This document shows, in pieces, positions 1 through 9,165 of a stretch of 64,000 nt of DNA. The DNA comes from an uncultured Candidatus Marinamargulisbacteria bacterium (GTDB lineage Bacteria; Margulisbacteria; Riflemargulisbacteria; GWF2-35-9; DYQY01). Within the stretch, counting starts at the first letter, position 1; every line of letters starts with the position of its first letter. The stretch is from positions 139,571-203,570 of the forward strand of contig CAYSAQ010000002.1 in assembly GCA_964429235.1 (NCBI GenBank), in the 5' to 3' direction. Under the pieces are notes generated by a model. That model was not told where the DNA came from. It saw nothing but the letters and a program-made list of their open reading frames with translations, and ran no database searches. A program made the position numbers and the translations under genes.

Positions 1-1
1 A

Positions 2-985
2 CTAAAGAAATTAGCCGAGTTTTCTGAAAACAAAGAAGTTCTTGAGTCTCTATTAAGAATCAAAGACAAAAATAAAGCGGAGTTCGCTCAATACGTTTTT
101 GACAACAATCCTGTCAAAGATGCCAATGGAAACATCGTATCAAGAACCAAAATTGACACCAAGTCAATATTTGACGTACAGGCAAAACGTCTCCATGAAT
201 ACAAACGTCAGCTTATGAATGCGCTTCACATCCTAATGGTATACAACAGAATTAAAGAAAATCCTGAAGCAGAGGTTACACCAAGAACCTTTATGTTTGC
301 AGCCAAAGCTGCTCCGGGCTACCATACCGCAAAAAATATTATCAAATTCATTAATATCCTTGGAAACATTATAAACAATGATCCTGATGTGAATGGGAGA
401 ATCAAAGTGGTATTCCTTGAAAACTACAATGTGTCACTAGCAGAAAAGCTGATGCCTGCCTCTGACTTAAGTGAACAAATTTCAACAGCAGGATTGGAAG
501 CATCTGGAACAGGAAACATGAAGTTCTCAATGAATGGTGCTTTAACCATTGGGACAATGGACGGTGCTAATGTAGAAATGGCTCGAGATATTGGCAAAGA
601 AAATATGTTCATATTTGGACTTTCTACTGAAGAAGTAAATGCTGAAAAAGCTGCCGGTTATAACCCCTGGGAAGTCTACGGAGCTAACACTGAAATTCAA
701 AAAGTAATAGATCAAATGAGGAGTGGCTCTATTGTATCTACTGATGATGAAAAAAGAGTTCTTTCTGAATTAGCAAATGGATTAATGCACAACGATAACT
801 ATCTAGTGCTAAAGGACTTAGCGGCTTACTCGGAAGCACAGAAACTTGTTAGCGAGACTTACAAAGACCAAATGGAATGGGCAAGACTAGCTCTGCTTAA
901 TATAGCTGGAATGTGGTATTTTTCCTCTGACAGATCAATCACAGAATATGCAGATATTTGGGGCTTAGAAGCGGTAACTCCTTAA
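2..985 (+). CDS. glgP: Glycogen/alpha-glucan phosphorylase, C-terminal part. The frame is open from the window edge, so the true start lies upstream of the window.
   Basis: In-frame translation from position 2 reads ...FDVQAKRLHEYKRQLMNALHI..., a conserved phosphorylase block. There is no stop before the ORF-track M at 215. Confidence 0.85.
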   Translation, partial: LKKLAEFSENKEVLESLLRIKDKNKAEFAQYVFDNNPVKDANGNIVSRTKIDTKSIFDVQAKRLHEYKRQLMNALHILMVYNRIKENPEAEVTPRTFMFAAKAAPGYHTAKNIIKFINILGNIINNDPDVNGRIKVVFLENYNVSLAEKLMPASDLSEQISTAGLEASGTGNMKFSMNGALTIGTMDGANVEMARDIGKENMFIFGLSTEEVNAEKAAGYNPWEVYGANTEIQKVIDQMRSGSIVSTDDEKRVLSELANGLMHNDNYLVLKDLAAYSEAQKLVSETYKDQMEWARLALLNIAGMWYFSSDRSITEYADIWGLEAVTP

Positions 986-999
986 TAATAAAAACTATT

Positions 1000-1035
1000 C
1001 TATAGCTGGCATTAATTGCTGGCTATAGCGTTTTA
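1000..1035. terminator. Hairpin plus T-run between the convergent glgP and the minus-strand small ORF.
   Basis: CTATAGCTGGC...GCTGGCTATAG inverted repeat followed by CGTTTTA. Seen in sequence. Confidence 0.4.
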
Positions 1036-1274
1036 TCTGTTTTCCTTTCGCAAAACCAAATAAAAAAGATTACCCATATTAAGATTGCAGATGAATACCT
1101 GATTATATCGCTTACTGGTGGGTTCTCTTGTAACATTCCAAAACGAAGTGTAAACAATAAAACAAACACACTCCACACAGCTATTGAGACCCATCCTCTC
1201 CAGTTTATAGGAGTATATCCCCAGCCTACGCGATGTCCTTTTCTCTTACGAAACCAATATTTATTATTATCCAT
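1023..1274 (-). CDS. Small hypothetical membrane protein, immediately downstream of nadE.
   Basis: 83-aa ORF with two hydrophobic segments, 2 nt after the nadE stop. No recognisable family. Confidence 0.45.
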   Translation of the reverse strand: MDNNKYWFRKRKGHRVGWGYTPINWRGWVSIAVWSVFVLLFTLRFGMLQENPPVSDIIRYSSAILIWVIFFIWFCERKTDKTL

Positions 1275-1276
1275 AC

Positions 1277-3001
1277 CTATTCCCCCTTATTCATATGCGC
1301 ATTAGCTAAAGGCCACTTCCACCTTAACCAACTATATGGCGTAAACTGTGGTGTTCTATTATAATACCAGCGTTTGAATTCTGATTGATTAATGAGTTTT
1401 TTAGATAAAAACTGAAGTTTTTTTTCAAAATACTCCTCATCCTTCCAATACATCTCATATTCAAGCTTATCTTTATTTAGCAGTTGTTTTCTTACTGCAA
1501 CCTCATCACCATAAGTCATTCTTAGCGCTTCCAAGATAGTGTCTATATATTCATAATCACCCAGCTCATCTGAATCCAGCTGTCCTGGTGTGAGCTCTGC
1601 TGATGGCTCTCTATTTATCATATCAAGATCTAACGAATCCTCGCCATTGTCTTTCAGCCAGTTTAAATATTTGATAACCATTGTCGCCGGAATTGAAGCT
1701 ATCAAGGGAAGTCCCAGCAAGTCACCACCTATAGTTCCATACCCAACTGCTGCCTCAGAAAAATTCGTTGTATTCATCACTATTGCATTCTCACTATTTG
1801 CTATAGACCACAAAACATTGGCTCTTACCCTAGCTTGCACGTTCTGATGTGCCAAACTGTTTATTTCTAAATTTAACTGTTTTACGACTGGCTCTACCAT
1901 ACTATCTATAGCCTGCGTCCTCACCTCTATCCCTAGCCCACTTGCTAGCCTCTCCCCTATTTCGTTTGATGCTGGCATAGTATATTCGCCTAGTTTATAC
2001 GGCATCATCACCCCAACTACTTTTTCTGCTCCAAGGTGACGTTTAAGCGCAACGGCTACTGCAGTTGAATCTTTTCCTCCTGACAAACCTAACACAACTT
2101 TATGCTTGGAAAGACCAGACTTGTAAAAATAGTCTTTTAAATAAAGACCAATCATCATATCTAACTCTTGCATGTCACTGCAACTATTCTCAATAGGCTT
2201 CATGTTGTTTATCTCCATTGTTTCAATAACAACACTATCTTCTTCAAAAGCCTTCATTTGTAAGACTAATTCACCCTCTTTATTTAGGACAAAGCTTCTG
2301 CCACCAAATATCAACTCATCTTGAGCTCCAACTATATTCACAAAAACAATTGGAGTATCATAATGTTTTGCTACTTTCGAAAACATGCTCACTCGTTGCT
2401 CTTGCTTGCCAATATAGTCTGGGCTAGCTGAGATATTCACAAATGCCGACAGAACTACTCCCTGCTTCTTTGCTTGCAAATAAAGAGTCTCATATATATC
2501 TGCCTTATAAAGACGGTATTTCTCTTGTAGTCCTGAATGTGGACTATTCCAACCATCCTCACAAATCAGAAAACCAAAATATTCATCACCCAGTTTTCTT
2601 ATACCGACACGTTCCTCTGCGCCTGCCTGGAACCATCTGTTCTCATCAAACTCTTTATAAGTGGGCAAACAAATCTTATCCTGAATGAAGCTATTTTCAC
2701 CGAAAACGCCAAAGGAATTAAACAATCCTTTTTCTCCATGGGCATCATTTTCTCTAGGAAAACCAACACCTATAGAAGAAAGTGTTTCACGTGAAACACT
2801 TTTTAGACTATCAAGACAAACCCTCACATTTCCGCTCAATGTTTTATTAAAGAAAATATCTTGAGAATAATATCCTGTTAAAGAAAGCTCTCCAAAAAAA
2901 TGGGCATCTGCCTGCTTGCCCTCTATCATAGCAAGCATCCTATTAAGGTTTATTAAAGGATTCCCTACTACTGAATTTATCTGATGTAATGCTATTTTCA
3001 T
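1277..3001 (-). CDS. nadE: Glutamine-dependent NAD+ synthetase (N-terminal CN-hydrolase domain plus C-terminal NAD synthetase domain).
   Basis: 574 aa. Contains the SGGKDS PP-loop motif (LGLSGGKDSTAVAVAL). The length and two-domain layout fit glutamine-dependent NadE. Confidence 0.85.
   Translation of the reverse strand: MKIALHQINSVVGNPLINLNRMLAMIEGKQADAHFFGELSLTGYYSQDIFFNKTLSGNVRVCLDSLKSVSRETLSSIGVGFPRENDAHGEKGLFNSFGVFGENSFIQDKICLPTYKEFDENRWFQAGAEERVGIRKLGDEYFGFLICEDGWNSPHSGLQEKYRLYKADIYETLYLQAKKQGVVLSAFVNISASPDYIGKQEQRVSMFSKVAKHYDTPIVFVNIVGAQDELIFGGRSFVLNKEGELVLQMKAFEEDSVVIETMEINNMKPIENSCSDMQELDMMIGLYLKDYFYKSGLSKHKVVLGLSGGKDSTAVAVALKRHLGAEKVVGVMMPYKLGEYTMPASNEIGERLASGLGIEVRTQAIDSMVEPVVKQLNLEINSLAHQNVQARVRANVLWSIANSENAIVMNTTNFSEAAVGYGTIGGDLLGLPLIASIPATMVIKYLNWLKDNGEDSLDLDMINREPSAELTPGQLDSDELGDYEYIDTILEALRMTYGDEVAVRKQLLNKDKLEYEMYWKDEEYFEKKLQFLSKKLINQSEFKRWYYNRTPQFTPYSWLRWKWPLANAHMNKGE
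2781..2800. repeat. 20-bp perfect palindrome AGTGTTTCACGTGAAACACT inside the nadE 5' coding region. It encodes SVSRETL.
   Basis: Exact self-complementary sequence, read directly. It is the same core as the two intergenic copies. Confidence 0.9.
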
Positions 3002-3020
3002 ATCTATATATTATCACTAA

Positions 3021-3036
3021 TGTTTCACGTGAAACA
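3021..3036. promoter_or_regulatory. 16-bp perfect palindrome TGTTTCACGTGAAACA in the nadE/rsmG divergent intergenic region. Candidate operator.
   Basis: Exact palindrome with a CACGTG core, 20 bp upstream of the nadE start codon. Confidence 0.5.
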
Positions 3037-3147
3037 CCAACTTTCCACCTAATTTTAACTATTTCTATAATGATTTTAATGAAAATATTAAAATAATGTA
3101 TTTTTTCGCTACGTTCTCGCTTAAAAATTATACATTTTTGTGGCATA

Positions 3148-3831
3148 ATGTTTCACGTGAAACAATCAAAAGAAAACAACGAATCTTTTAAAAAAATCAT
3201 AGATCTACTACATGAGGAGAATCATCACCACAATCTTTCTGGAATAAAGGACTGGCAAGGGATGTACGCCCAGCACATAGAGGATAGTCTAGCCATCGCA
3301 GAATATATTGAGGCCAATCATCCAGGTGAGGATAAAAAAATACTCGATTTGGGCTCTGGAGCTGGATTTCCCGGCATTGTTATAGCAATATGCAGTCCAA
3401 ACAAAAAAGTAATAATGATAGAATCCAACAATAAGAAAGTTTCATTTATAAAAAAAGCATCTGAATCTATCGGATTAAAAAATACCGAAGCTGTTCTCTC
3501 AAGAATAGAAGAATTCCCAGAACTAGGCGCTGCGGATATTGTATGCGCAAAAGCTCTATCATCGTTAGATGTTCTTCTAGAATATGCTTGCCCTCTCTTA
3601 AAAGTAGGCGGGAGCCTGATTTCCATGAAATCTTTAGATATTGAAGAAGAGCTCGCAAATGCAGCTATTGTTTGGACTGAGCTTGGCTTTGAGGCGCCAA
3701 CACATGTCGCATACTCGGCTTGTGGCAAAAAAAGACAGCTCGTAGTATTTAAAAAAAGTAAAAGTTCAAAAATAAAGCTACCAAGGAATAACGGAGAAGC
3801 AAAAAACAAACCGTTGAGGGGGCTTTTATGA
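3148..3831 (+). CDS. rsmG: 16S rRNA (guanine527-N7)-methyltransferase RsmG (GidB), with a Lys-rich C-terminal tail. The start may instead be the GTG at 3157, because the palindrome overlaps the ATG.
   Basis: SAM-binding motif LDLGSGAGFPGIVIAI. Conserved gene order rsmG-parA-parB. Confidence 0.85.
   Translation: MFHVKQSKENNESFKKIIDLLHEENHHHNLSGIKDWQGMYAQHIEDSLAIAEYIEANHPGEDKKILDLGSGAGFPGIVIAICSPNKKVIMIESNNKKVSFIKKASESIGLKNTEAVLSRIEEFPELGAADIVCAKALSSLDVLLEYACPLLKVGGSLISMKSLDIEEELANAAIVWTELGFEAPTHVAYSACGKKRQLVVFKKSKSSKIKLPRNNGEAKNKPLRGLL
3149..3164. promoter_or_regulatory. Second intergenic copy of TGTTTCACGTGAAACA, overlapping the annotated rsmG ATG. It is preceded by a TGgCATAAT extended -10-like element at about 3141-3149.
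   Basis: Exact palindrome. The CATAAT hexamer with an upstream TG was read directly. Confidence 0.5.
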
Positions 3832-4583
3832 GGATTATATCAATGGTTAACCAAAAGGGTGGAGTAGGCAAAACCACTTCTGCTGTTAACATTGCAGCCA
3901 TGTTGGCAAAAAAAAGCCAGAAAACTTTATTAATCGATCTAGATCCTCAAGCAAATGCTACAAGTGGTCTTGGCTTATATGAAAACAACTACACACATAG
4001 CGTATATGAAGCTCTATTGGGAAATATAGAACCAGCACAGGCAATATACCCGTCTGCTGTTAAAAATCTTTCCGTTATGCCAGCTAGCAAGGATTTGTCA
4101 GGTGCTGAAATTGAATTGGTTTCAGAATTTAATAGAGAAAAGTTTCTTCAAACTATGATAAAGAAAATTGACGGCATGTTTGATATTGTAATAATTGATT
4201 GCCCGCCTTCACTCGGGCTTCTTACTATTAATTCGCTTACTGCCTCTACTGAAATAATAATTCCTGTTCAAGCAGAATATTATGCACTTGAGGGATTAGC
4301 AAGATTGATGCAAACAATCGAATCTGTAAAAAAAGCACTTAACCCAAAACTTTTTATCAAAGGCGTTCTAATAACCATGTATGACAAACGGCTTGGGCTT
4401 AGCAAACAAGTAGAGGAAGAAGCTAGAGATCATTTAAAAGATCTAGTTTTTAAAACAGTGATACCAAGAAATGTAAAACTAAGCGAGGCTCCTAGCTTTG
4501 GCGAGCCAATATCCACATATGACAAAAAATCTAAAGGGGCAAAAGCCTATAAAAATCTAATTAAGGAGTTGCTAAATGGCTAA
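3828..4583 (+). CDS. parA: Chromosome partitioning ATPase ParA/Soj.
   Basis: Deviant Walker A motif KGGVGKTT. 4-nt overlap with rsmG. Confidence 0.9.
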   Translation: MRIISMVNQKGGVGKTTSAVNIAAMLAKKSQKTLLIDLDPQANATSGLGLYENNYTHSVYEALLGNIEPAQAIYPSAVKNLSVMPASKDLSGAEIELVSEFNREKFLQTMIKKIDGMFDIVIIDCPPSLGLLTINSLTASTEIIIPVQAEYYALEGLARLMQTIESVKKALNPKLFIKGVLITMYDKRLGLSKQVEEEARDHLKDLVFKTVIPRNVKLSEAPSFGEPISTYDKKSKGAKAYKNLIKELLNG

Positions 4584-5388
4584 GAAAAAACTTGGCAGAG
4601 GGCTATCTGCATTATTGCCAGAACAAGTAGAAGAAACCAATCAAGAGAGTGGTTTAATAAAAATAGCTCTAAGCGATATTACAACAAACCCCTTTCAACC
4701 TAGAACTCATTTTAATGACAAATCCATTGATGAACTTGCTGCTTCTATAAAAGAAAATGGAGTTATTCAACCAATAGTTGTTAGAAAAGTTCAAACTGGT
4801 TTTGAACTAATTTCTGGAGAACGTAGGCTTCGTGCTACAAAATCTCTAGGAGAAAAGGTAATTCCTGCTATTGTAAAAGAAAATGTGAGCGACAAAGAAA
4901 GTATGCTCATGGCTCTTATTGAAAATATTCAAAGAGAAGACATTAGCCCTATTGAACAAGCAGAATCTTATAAGTTAATCATGAAAGAAAACGACATGTC
5001 ACAAACTGATCTTGCCATTATGATTGGCAAAAGCCGTCCAGTAGTAGCAAACACTATTAGGCTTTTAGAGTTGTCTAGCAACTGCAAAGAGGCACTAGAA
5101 GAGAAAACAATTACAGAGAGTCATGCAAGAAAACTTTTGCAGCTAGATACTCACGGAAAACAAAACAAAATGCTTCTTCAGATAATGAATAACAGCATGA
5201 CTATTAGAGAGATGGAAACAAAAGTTATATCAAAAAAGGCCAAAAAAAATTCTACTCCAACTATCCAAATTAAAAACAACAACTATAAGATTAGCTGTAA
5301 AAAATCTGGAGACAAAGGTAGCTTTACTATTAAGTTTGGTTCTTCTGAAGAGTACAAAAAACTCATCAAGCAGATTGAAACTCTATAG
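4576..5388 (+). CDS. parB: Chromosome partitioning protein ParB/Spo0J.
   Basis: GERRLRA ParB box. HTH region. Overlaps the parA stop. Confidence 0.9.
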   Translation: MAKKKLGRGLSALLPEQVEETNQESGLIKIALSDITTNPFQPRTHFNDKSIDELAASIKENGVIQPIVVRKVQTGFELISGERRLRATKSLGEKVIPAIVKENVSDKESMLMALIENIQREDISPIEQAESYKLIMKENDMSQTDLAIMIGKSRPVVANTIRLLELSSNCKEALEEKTITESHARKLLQLDTHGKQNKMLLQIMNNSMTIREMETKVISKKAKKNSTPTIQIKNNNYKISCKKSGDKGSFTIKFGSSEEYKKLIKQIETL

Positions 5389-5405
5389 CTTACAGCAACT
5401 CAAAT

Positions 5406-6344
5406 ATGGACGTTTTAGAAACTATTAAAAAGACAAAAATTGTTGTAGCTCCCATGGCAGGAATCAGCGACCCTCCATTTAGAAGGCTCTGCAGAGATTT
5501 TGGCGCAAAACTATGCTACACAGAAATGATTTCTGCTGCCGGGGTAATGCTTGGCGATAAAAAAAGCAAAGTTTTTACTTTCATTAAAGATGAACACCCT
5601 ATAGTAGCTCAAATATTTGGCTCAGACCCTGATGCTATGCAATACGCTGCTAAATATTTTGAAGAGCAAGGTGCAGATATAATAGATATCAATCTTGGCT
5701 GCCCAGTAAAAAAAGTAGCAAAACAAAGTTCCGGCGCTGCTTTAGCTAGAGACTTGTTATTAACAGAAAAAACAATACAAGCAGTGGCTAAGGTAATAAA
5801 CATCCCTCTTTCGATAAAATTTCGACTTGGTTGGAGTAAAAACTTAGAGAATTATCTGGAATTATGTAAAATTGCACAAAATAGCGGTGTGTCCTTAATC
5901 TGCCTACATTCTAGATACGCAAATCAGATGTATTCTGGTGTTTCTGACTGGTCAAAAGTAAACGAAATGAGAAAACATTTCTCTGGCCTAATTATTGGAT
6001 CTGGGGATATAAATACTCCTGATGACATCTCACAAGCACTAGATTCTTATGATGTTGATGCTGTCATGCTCGGTCGAGGTGTTTGGGGTAATCCATGGCT
6101 TATAAGTGACTATTTAAAAAAAGATAGATTGTCTTTACATGAGACTATTTTAAGGCACTTTGAATACATGTCTGAATTCCATGGTGAAAAAAAAGCTGCT
6201 ATTTTATTTAGAAAATTTATTAGTAAATACATTAAAGGGCTGCCAAACTCTCAAAAACTTAGAATGATGGGGAATGCGGTTTCAACTAAAAGTGATTTAT
6301 TAGATTTACTAGAAGAACTTGGCGGAAAATGCCATGTCTTTTAG
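5406..6344 (+). CDS. dusB: tRNA-dihydrouridine synthase (Dus family, DusB-like).
   Basis: The N-terminus VAPMAGISDPPFRRLC is typical of Dus TIM-barrel enzymes. Confidence 0.8.
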   Translation: MDVLETIKKTKIVVAPMAGISDPPFRRLCRDFGAKLCYTEMISAAGVMLGDKKSKVFTFIKDEHPIVAQIFGSDPDAMQYAAKYFEEQGADIIDINLGCPVKKVAKQSSGAALARDLLLTEKTIQAVAKVINIPLSIKFRLGWSKNLENYLELCKIAQNSGVSLICLHSRYANQMYSGVSDWSKVNEMRKHFSGLIIGSGDINTPDDISQALDSYDVDAVMLGRGVWGNPWLISDYLKKDRLSLHETILRHFEYMSEFHGEKKAAILFRKFISKYIKGLPNSQKLRMMGNAVSTKSDLLDLLEELGGKCHVF

Positions 6345-6392
6345 TTAATAACTACCATTGATAGTAAGAAGCACACCAGCTAAACTACTCTT

Positions 6393-6839
6393 ATGGTAAG
6401 CATCGTACTATATGAACCAGAAATACCTCCAAACACGGGAAACATAGCTCGTCTTTGCCTAGCAACGAATACGCCCCTATATCTTATTGAGCCACTTGGC
6501 TTTTCTCTTGATGACAAGCATCTTAAGCGAGCTGGTTTAGATTATTGGCAACATGTTAACTACAGGGTAGTGAAAAGCTTACACGCTATACAGGATGAGT
6601 TTCCCGATAGCACCTTTTATTATCTATCTACTAAAGCTGAGAAAACTTACACAGAAGTTAATTATAAAGATTCTGATTTTCTTGTTTTTGGCCCAGAATC
6701 TAGAGGGTTACCAGAGTCTCTTATTTATAAAACAGGAACAGCGGTAACAATACCAATGTTTAATGAAAAAGTTCGAAGCATTAATCTGGCAACTAGTGTT
6801 GGAATCGTGCTATATGAAGCTATTCGGCAACTTTCTTAA
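6393..6839 (+). CDS. trmL: SpoU-class tRNA (cytidine/uridine-2'-O)-methyltransferase TrmL.
   Basis: 148 aa. YEPEIPPNTGNIARLC N-terminus and a C-terminal SAM-binding knot, as in TrmL/CspR. Confidence 0.75.
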   Translation: MVSIVLYEPEIPPNTGNIARLCLATNTPLYLIEPLGFSLDDKHLKRAGLDYWQHVNYRVVKSLHAIQDEFPDSTFYYLSTKAEKTYTEVNYKDSDFLVFGPESRGLPESLIYKTGTAVTIPMFNEKVRSINLATSVGIVLYEAIRQLS

Positions 6840-6933
6840 TCCACCAGTTTTTTTCCATGAATAAATAGTGGGAACTTTGGCGATATTATAATTGTCTTAA
6901 GTATACGTAAATAGTATTCAGGGGGAATAGAAT

Positions 6934-7272
6934 ATGGCTGATTTTATAAGTGGACAAAATGTTTTTAAAAGTAATGATTCTAAGCAATCGTTATTAATTA
7001 CTAACCGTAATGAAAAGTACTATCTTGGTGACAGAAAAACCTTTATGAAGGTTCTGGAAGAGTCTATAGAGCAAATTACTTTAGATCTTGCAGACCCAGA
7101 AGTAGAATCAATGGTTATCGATGGTGAGTTTCTAGAAGATAAAAGCGATCCTGGTGCATTATTCTTTGTAAACACAAAGCTTAATGAACTAAAGGACCTT
7201 AATAGAACTCTTGTTTCTACTTTTGATTTTTTAAAAGAAATAGAAAAAGAAGTATCAAGACTGATATCCTAA
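6934..7272 (+). CDS. Hypothetical acidic protein, 112 aa.
   Basis: ORF with an RBS-like GGGGGAAT upstream. No recognisable domain. Confidence 0.45.
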   Translation: MADFISGQNVFKSNDSKQSLLITNRNEKYYLGDRKTFMKVLEESIEQITLDLADPEVESMVIDGEFLEDKSDPGALFFVNTKLNELKDLNRTLVSTFDFLKEIEKEVSRLIS

Positions 7273-7276
7273 TATT

Positions 7277-8071
7277 ATGGTTATCCGTAAAGTAAATAAT
7301 ATTGATCTAACTAGGCAACTAAAGACTAATAACCTTGATGCCTATAAACAAGCACTTCAACAAGAATCGCAAACACAAGCAGATGCTAGATCTACTGCCG
7401 GTTCTAAAATCAAGTGGAATATCGTAAAAAACGATAAGGGCTCAACTAAGATTAATCCCCTTATGGAAACAGATCATGTAAAATTAAGCAGTATTAGGCA
7501 AATGGATAAGTCTGTAAGTGCCAATGTTGTTGCGCATAAAATGGGGTATAAAATTAATCTTCATGAAAAAATGGACATACTTAAAGATAAATATCTAAAA
7601 AACTTTTTACAGGGTAAATCACACAACTTTATGGTAGCAAAGTTTGCACAGCTTAAAACGGCCTTTTTATCACAAACGTTGGCCAACTTGGGCATGACTG
7701 CACCAGAGCTCCTAAAAATGCAAAAGAAAGCATTGAAAGAGGCTCAGGGAGAGAACGAGCTACTGTTTGAAGAGAACGAATACAACGAAGAGATGATATT
7801 TGTTATTGGGGGCTCTCCAAAGAAAATAAAAAAAGAAATTCAAATTATGGCAGAAATTAGACAACAGCTGGCTACTCAGATGTCAAAACTTGGAAAAGCT
7901 AGCTACTACAATCAAGAAAAAACGCTTTCTATAAAGCTACGTGCCTGTAAAAAAATTAAAGAAGAATTTCAAAAAGAACGCAATAACATTCAATATGTGC
8001 GAGATTATCACTTTGTTGGTAAAGGCGGCGTTACTTCTGAAAGAACTATTTTTGAGAAGATTACTTCTTAG
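7277..8071 (+). CDS. Hypothetical Lys/Gln-rich protein, 264 aa.
   Basis: ORF tightly following the previous one. No recognisable domain. Its end converges on, and overlaps, the end of the C39-like gene. Confidence 0.45.
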   Translation: MVIRKVNNIDLTRQLKTNNLDAYKQALQQESQTQADARSTAGSKIKWNIVKNDKGSTKINPLMETDHVKLSSIRQMDKSVSANVVAHKMGYKINLHEKMDILKDKYLKNFLQGKSHNFMVAKFAQLKTAFLSQTLANLGMTAPELLKMQKKALKEAQGENELLFEENEYNEEMIFVIGGSPKKIKKEIQIMAEIRQQLATQMSKLGKASYYNQEKTLSIKLRACKKIKEEFQKERNNIQYVRDYHFVGKGGVTSERTIFEKITS

Positions 8072-9123
8072 ACTAGTTTTATCGATTGCAAAGATTGATT
8101 CCTAGCTAAAATTGCATCCTCGTTAACTGGAATTATTTGTAATGGGGACTTGCCGGCACTTCCAGAAAAATAATAATCAACCTGTTCATTTTTTCTAGTT
8201 ATCACTTTTCTATACTTCTTTGAACTTGAAGCATCTGTCATTATATAATCACCTGACTTGAAAGCAGTAATAAGGACTACATGAGAACCGCCTCTAACGC
8301 CAACCATATAACACCCAGGTTTCAGCTTAAGTGATCCGTCTTCTTTCTTTAATTGGTTGTACTTTATGCCTTCAGGAAAAGAACGTTTATTATAACGAGA
8401 ATACTCAACTATATTTCTTTTATCTTCATTCTTCTCGCCACTATTAGTTCGATTATATTTGAAGAAATCATACAAAGGATGTGTTGCACCCATCTCTTCT
8501 CCTACTTGATGAGGCAACCTGTAGCAATCTGTTTTATTATCTGCCCCTGTATAAAGCTCATACTCCATACCTTCATAGCGATTTAAGGTTGTTAACATAC
8601 TGCGTATATAAGTGCTCATTGTTAGATTATCTAAAGCCTCTCGAATACTTGCAGTGGCAGAAGAGCTTGCGCTTGCTAGCCTTTTCCCGTTTGTTTTACC
8701 GCTACTTTTACTACCAAATAATCTACTAAAAAAAGGTCCTATTTTAGAAAAAAATCCTGCTTTTTTCTTAACTATCTTAACGCTCGCATCTTTACTTCCA
8801 CTGCTTTTTTTATTTTTCTGTTTTAAACTCTGCTCTGCTTTTCTTTCTAGAGAAAAAATAACCGAAGCGTTTAATTTCTTTCCTACAATTTGAGACTGCA
8901 TGCTTTTTATTTCATTACTAAGTATTGCTGTTCTCTCATTAGTGCCTGAAATCTTGTTTGTTTGTTTTAAAAAAGAACTCATTTCTTTTTTATCTATTGT
9001 TTTATTACCATCTGTATCTGCTTGGGATAAAAAAGCACCAACTTTAGTGCTATTGAAGTTGCCTCTTAAAAATTCTTTTCCACCGGTATATGCCTTTATT
9101 GTCATGTTGCACCTCGCTATCAA
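8068..9123 (-). CDS. Hypothetical protein with an N-terminal EF-hand/dockerin-like Ca-binding loop and a C-terminal C39-like (papain-fold) cysteine peptidase domain.
   Basis: DTDGNKTIDKKE loop near the N-terminus. A Lys/Ser-rich linker. The C-terminal segment has Cys (DCYRLPH), then GGSHVVLITAF, then DYIMTD, which resembles the Cys-His-Asp order of Peptidase_C39_2/CHAP-type domains. Confidence 0.5.
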   Translation of the reverse strand: MIARCNMTIKAYTGGKEFLRGNFNSTKVGAFLSQADTDGNKTIDKKEMSSFLKQTNKISGTNERTAILSNEIKSMQSQIVGKKLNASVIFSLERKAEQSLKQKNKKSSGSKDASVKIVKKKAGFFSKIGPFFSRLFGSKSSGKTNGKRLASASSSATASIREALDNLTMSTYIRSMLTTLNRYEGMEYELYTGADNKTDCYRLPHQVGEEMGATHPLYDFFKYNRTNSGEKNEDKRNIVEYSRYNKRSFPEGIKYNQLKKEDGSLKLKPGCYMVGVRGGSHVVLITAFKSGDYIMTDASSSKKYRKVITRKNEQVDYYFSGSAGKSPLQIIPVNEDAILARNQSLQSIKLV

Positions 9124-9165
9124 ACCTTATGTTAATATATCGAGATTTTTCTAAATATGTTGCAT

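Noticed and set aside
3021-3164. Interpreting the TGTTTCACGTGAAACA palindromes as Rex (redox) operators.
   Set aside because: The Rex consensus is TTGTGAA-N4-6-TTCACAA, with GTGAA first and a spacer. Here the half-sites are inverted (TTCAC-GTGAA) and abutting. The sequence was retained only as an unassigned operator candidate.
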